From Acanthaster planci (lineage: Eukaryota), in NCBI RefSeq assembly GCF_001949145.1, contig NW_019091355.1:2193107-2257106 (forward strand): DNA of 64,000 bases. The letters run 5' to 3'. The position numbers were made by a program, and so were the translations under genes. Below, one piece after another: positions 63,501-64,000 of this stretch (position 1 is its first letter; each line of letters starts with the position of its first letter). The notes beneath the pieces were generated by a model. The model did no database searches and had not been told where the DNA came from. It saw only the letters and a program-made list of their open reading frames with translations.

Positions 63501-64000
63501 CTTTGTGCACTGGTAGGCTTCTGCTTCTAATCTCCGTCTACACAGACAAGTGCATGTGCACCCTACAACGTGCAGTCAATCTACGTGTACATGTACTCAT
63601 AAATATACCCATACCTTGTTCAATTTAATCCAAGCTGACGCTTGGAGGAAAAATTCCGACACACTGTTCCTGAGAGCACTGTACAACTCAATTAGGGGCA
63701 TCAACGTGTTTTCCTGTTTTCATCTGGGTAGATTGGCTACTGATGGAAATTTACAGAACTGTGCAGTTTACCAACATGCAAAGACACCTGACCAAGCTGT
63801 GAAGTTACGGATTAAAAGCACGGGATGGTACTAAACTCCATGTACTACATCATCTTGTGTGCAGCAGAAAGGACATTCAGGTTTCCGGCAGTTTTTCACC
63901 CTTACATTTAACTTCACCACCGTGCCAGTCACCACATGATGCCCTCCTTGCTGAGCCTGGAAGGATTACAAGTAGAGGGGCAGTACCCCAATGTTGACAT

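Overview
Eukaryotic (bilaterian invertebrate-like; species not determinable) genomic window dominated by one spliced minus-strand gene: a BMP type I receptor serine/threonine kinase of the ALK3/6 (BMPR1/thickveins) group. Nine coding exons (32151 down to the TAA at 8414-8416) were reconstructed by hand with GT-AG boundaries and consistent phases. They total 1493 nt (about 496 aa) and cover the 10-Cys ectodomain, TM helix, GS box and kinase domain. The signal-peptide exon was not found and probably lies beyond 64000. The reading frame is intact, but the kinase has three unusual substitutions at catalytic-core positions (HRDLK->HRDIH, DLG->DMS, GT->GN), so it may be a low-activity or pseudokinase receptor. 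The introns hold non-autonomous DNA transposons (hAT-type with 8-bp TSDs, GGGCC-ended MITEs, a 3-copy TIR family), a tRNA-derived SINE, minisatellites and a long inverted repeat. A ~115-bp segment is duplicated between the 3' end of the gene and a kinase intron. Most ORFs in the six-frame track are spurious.
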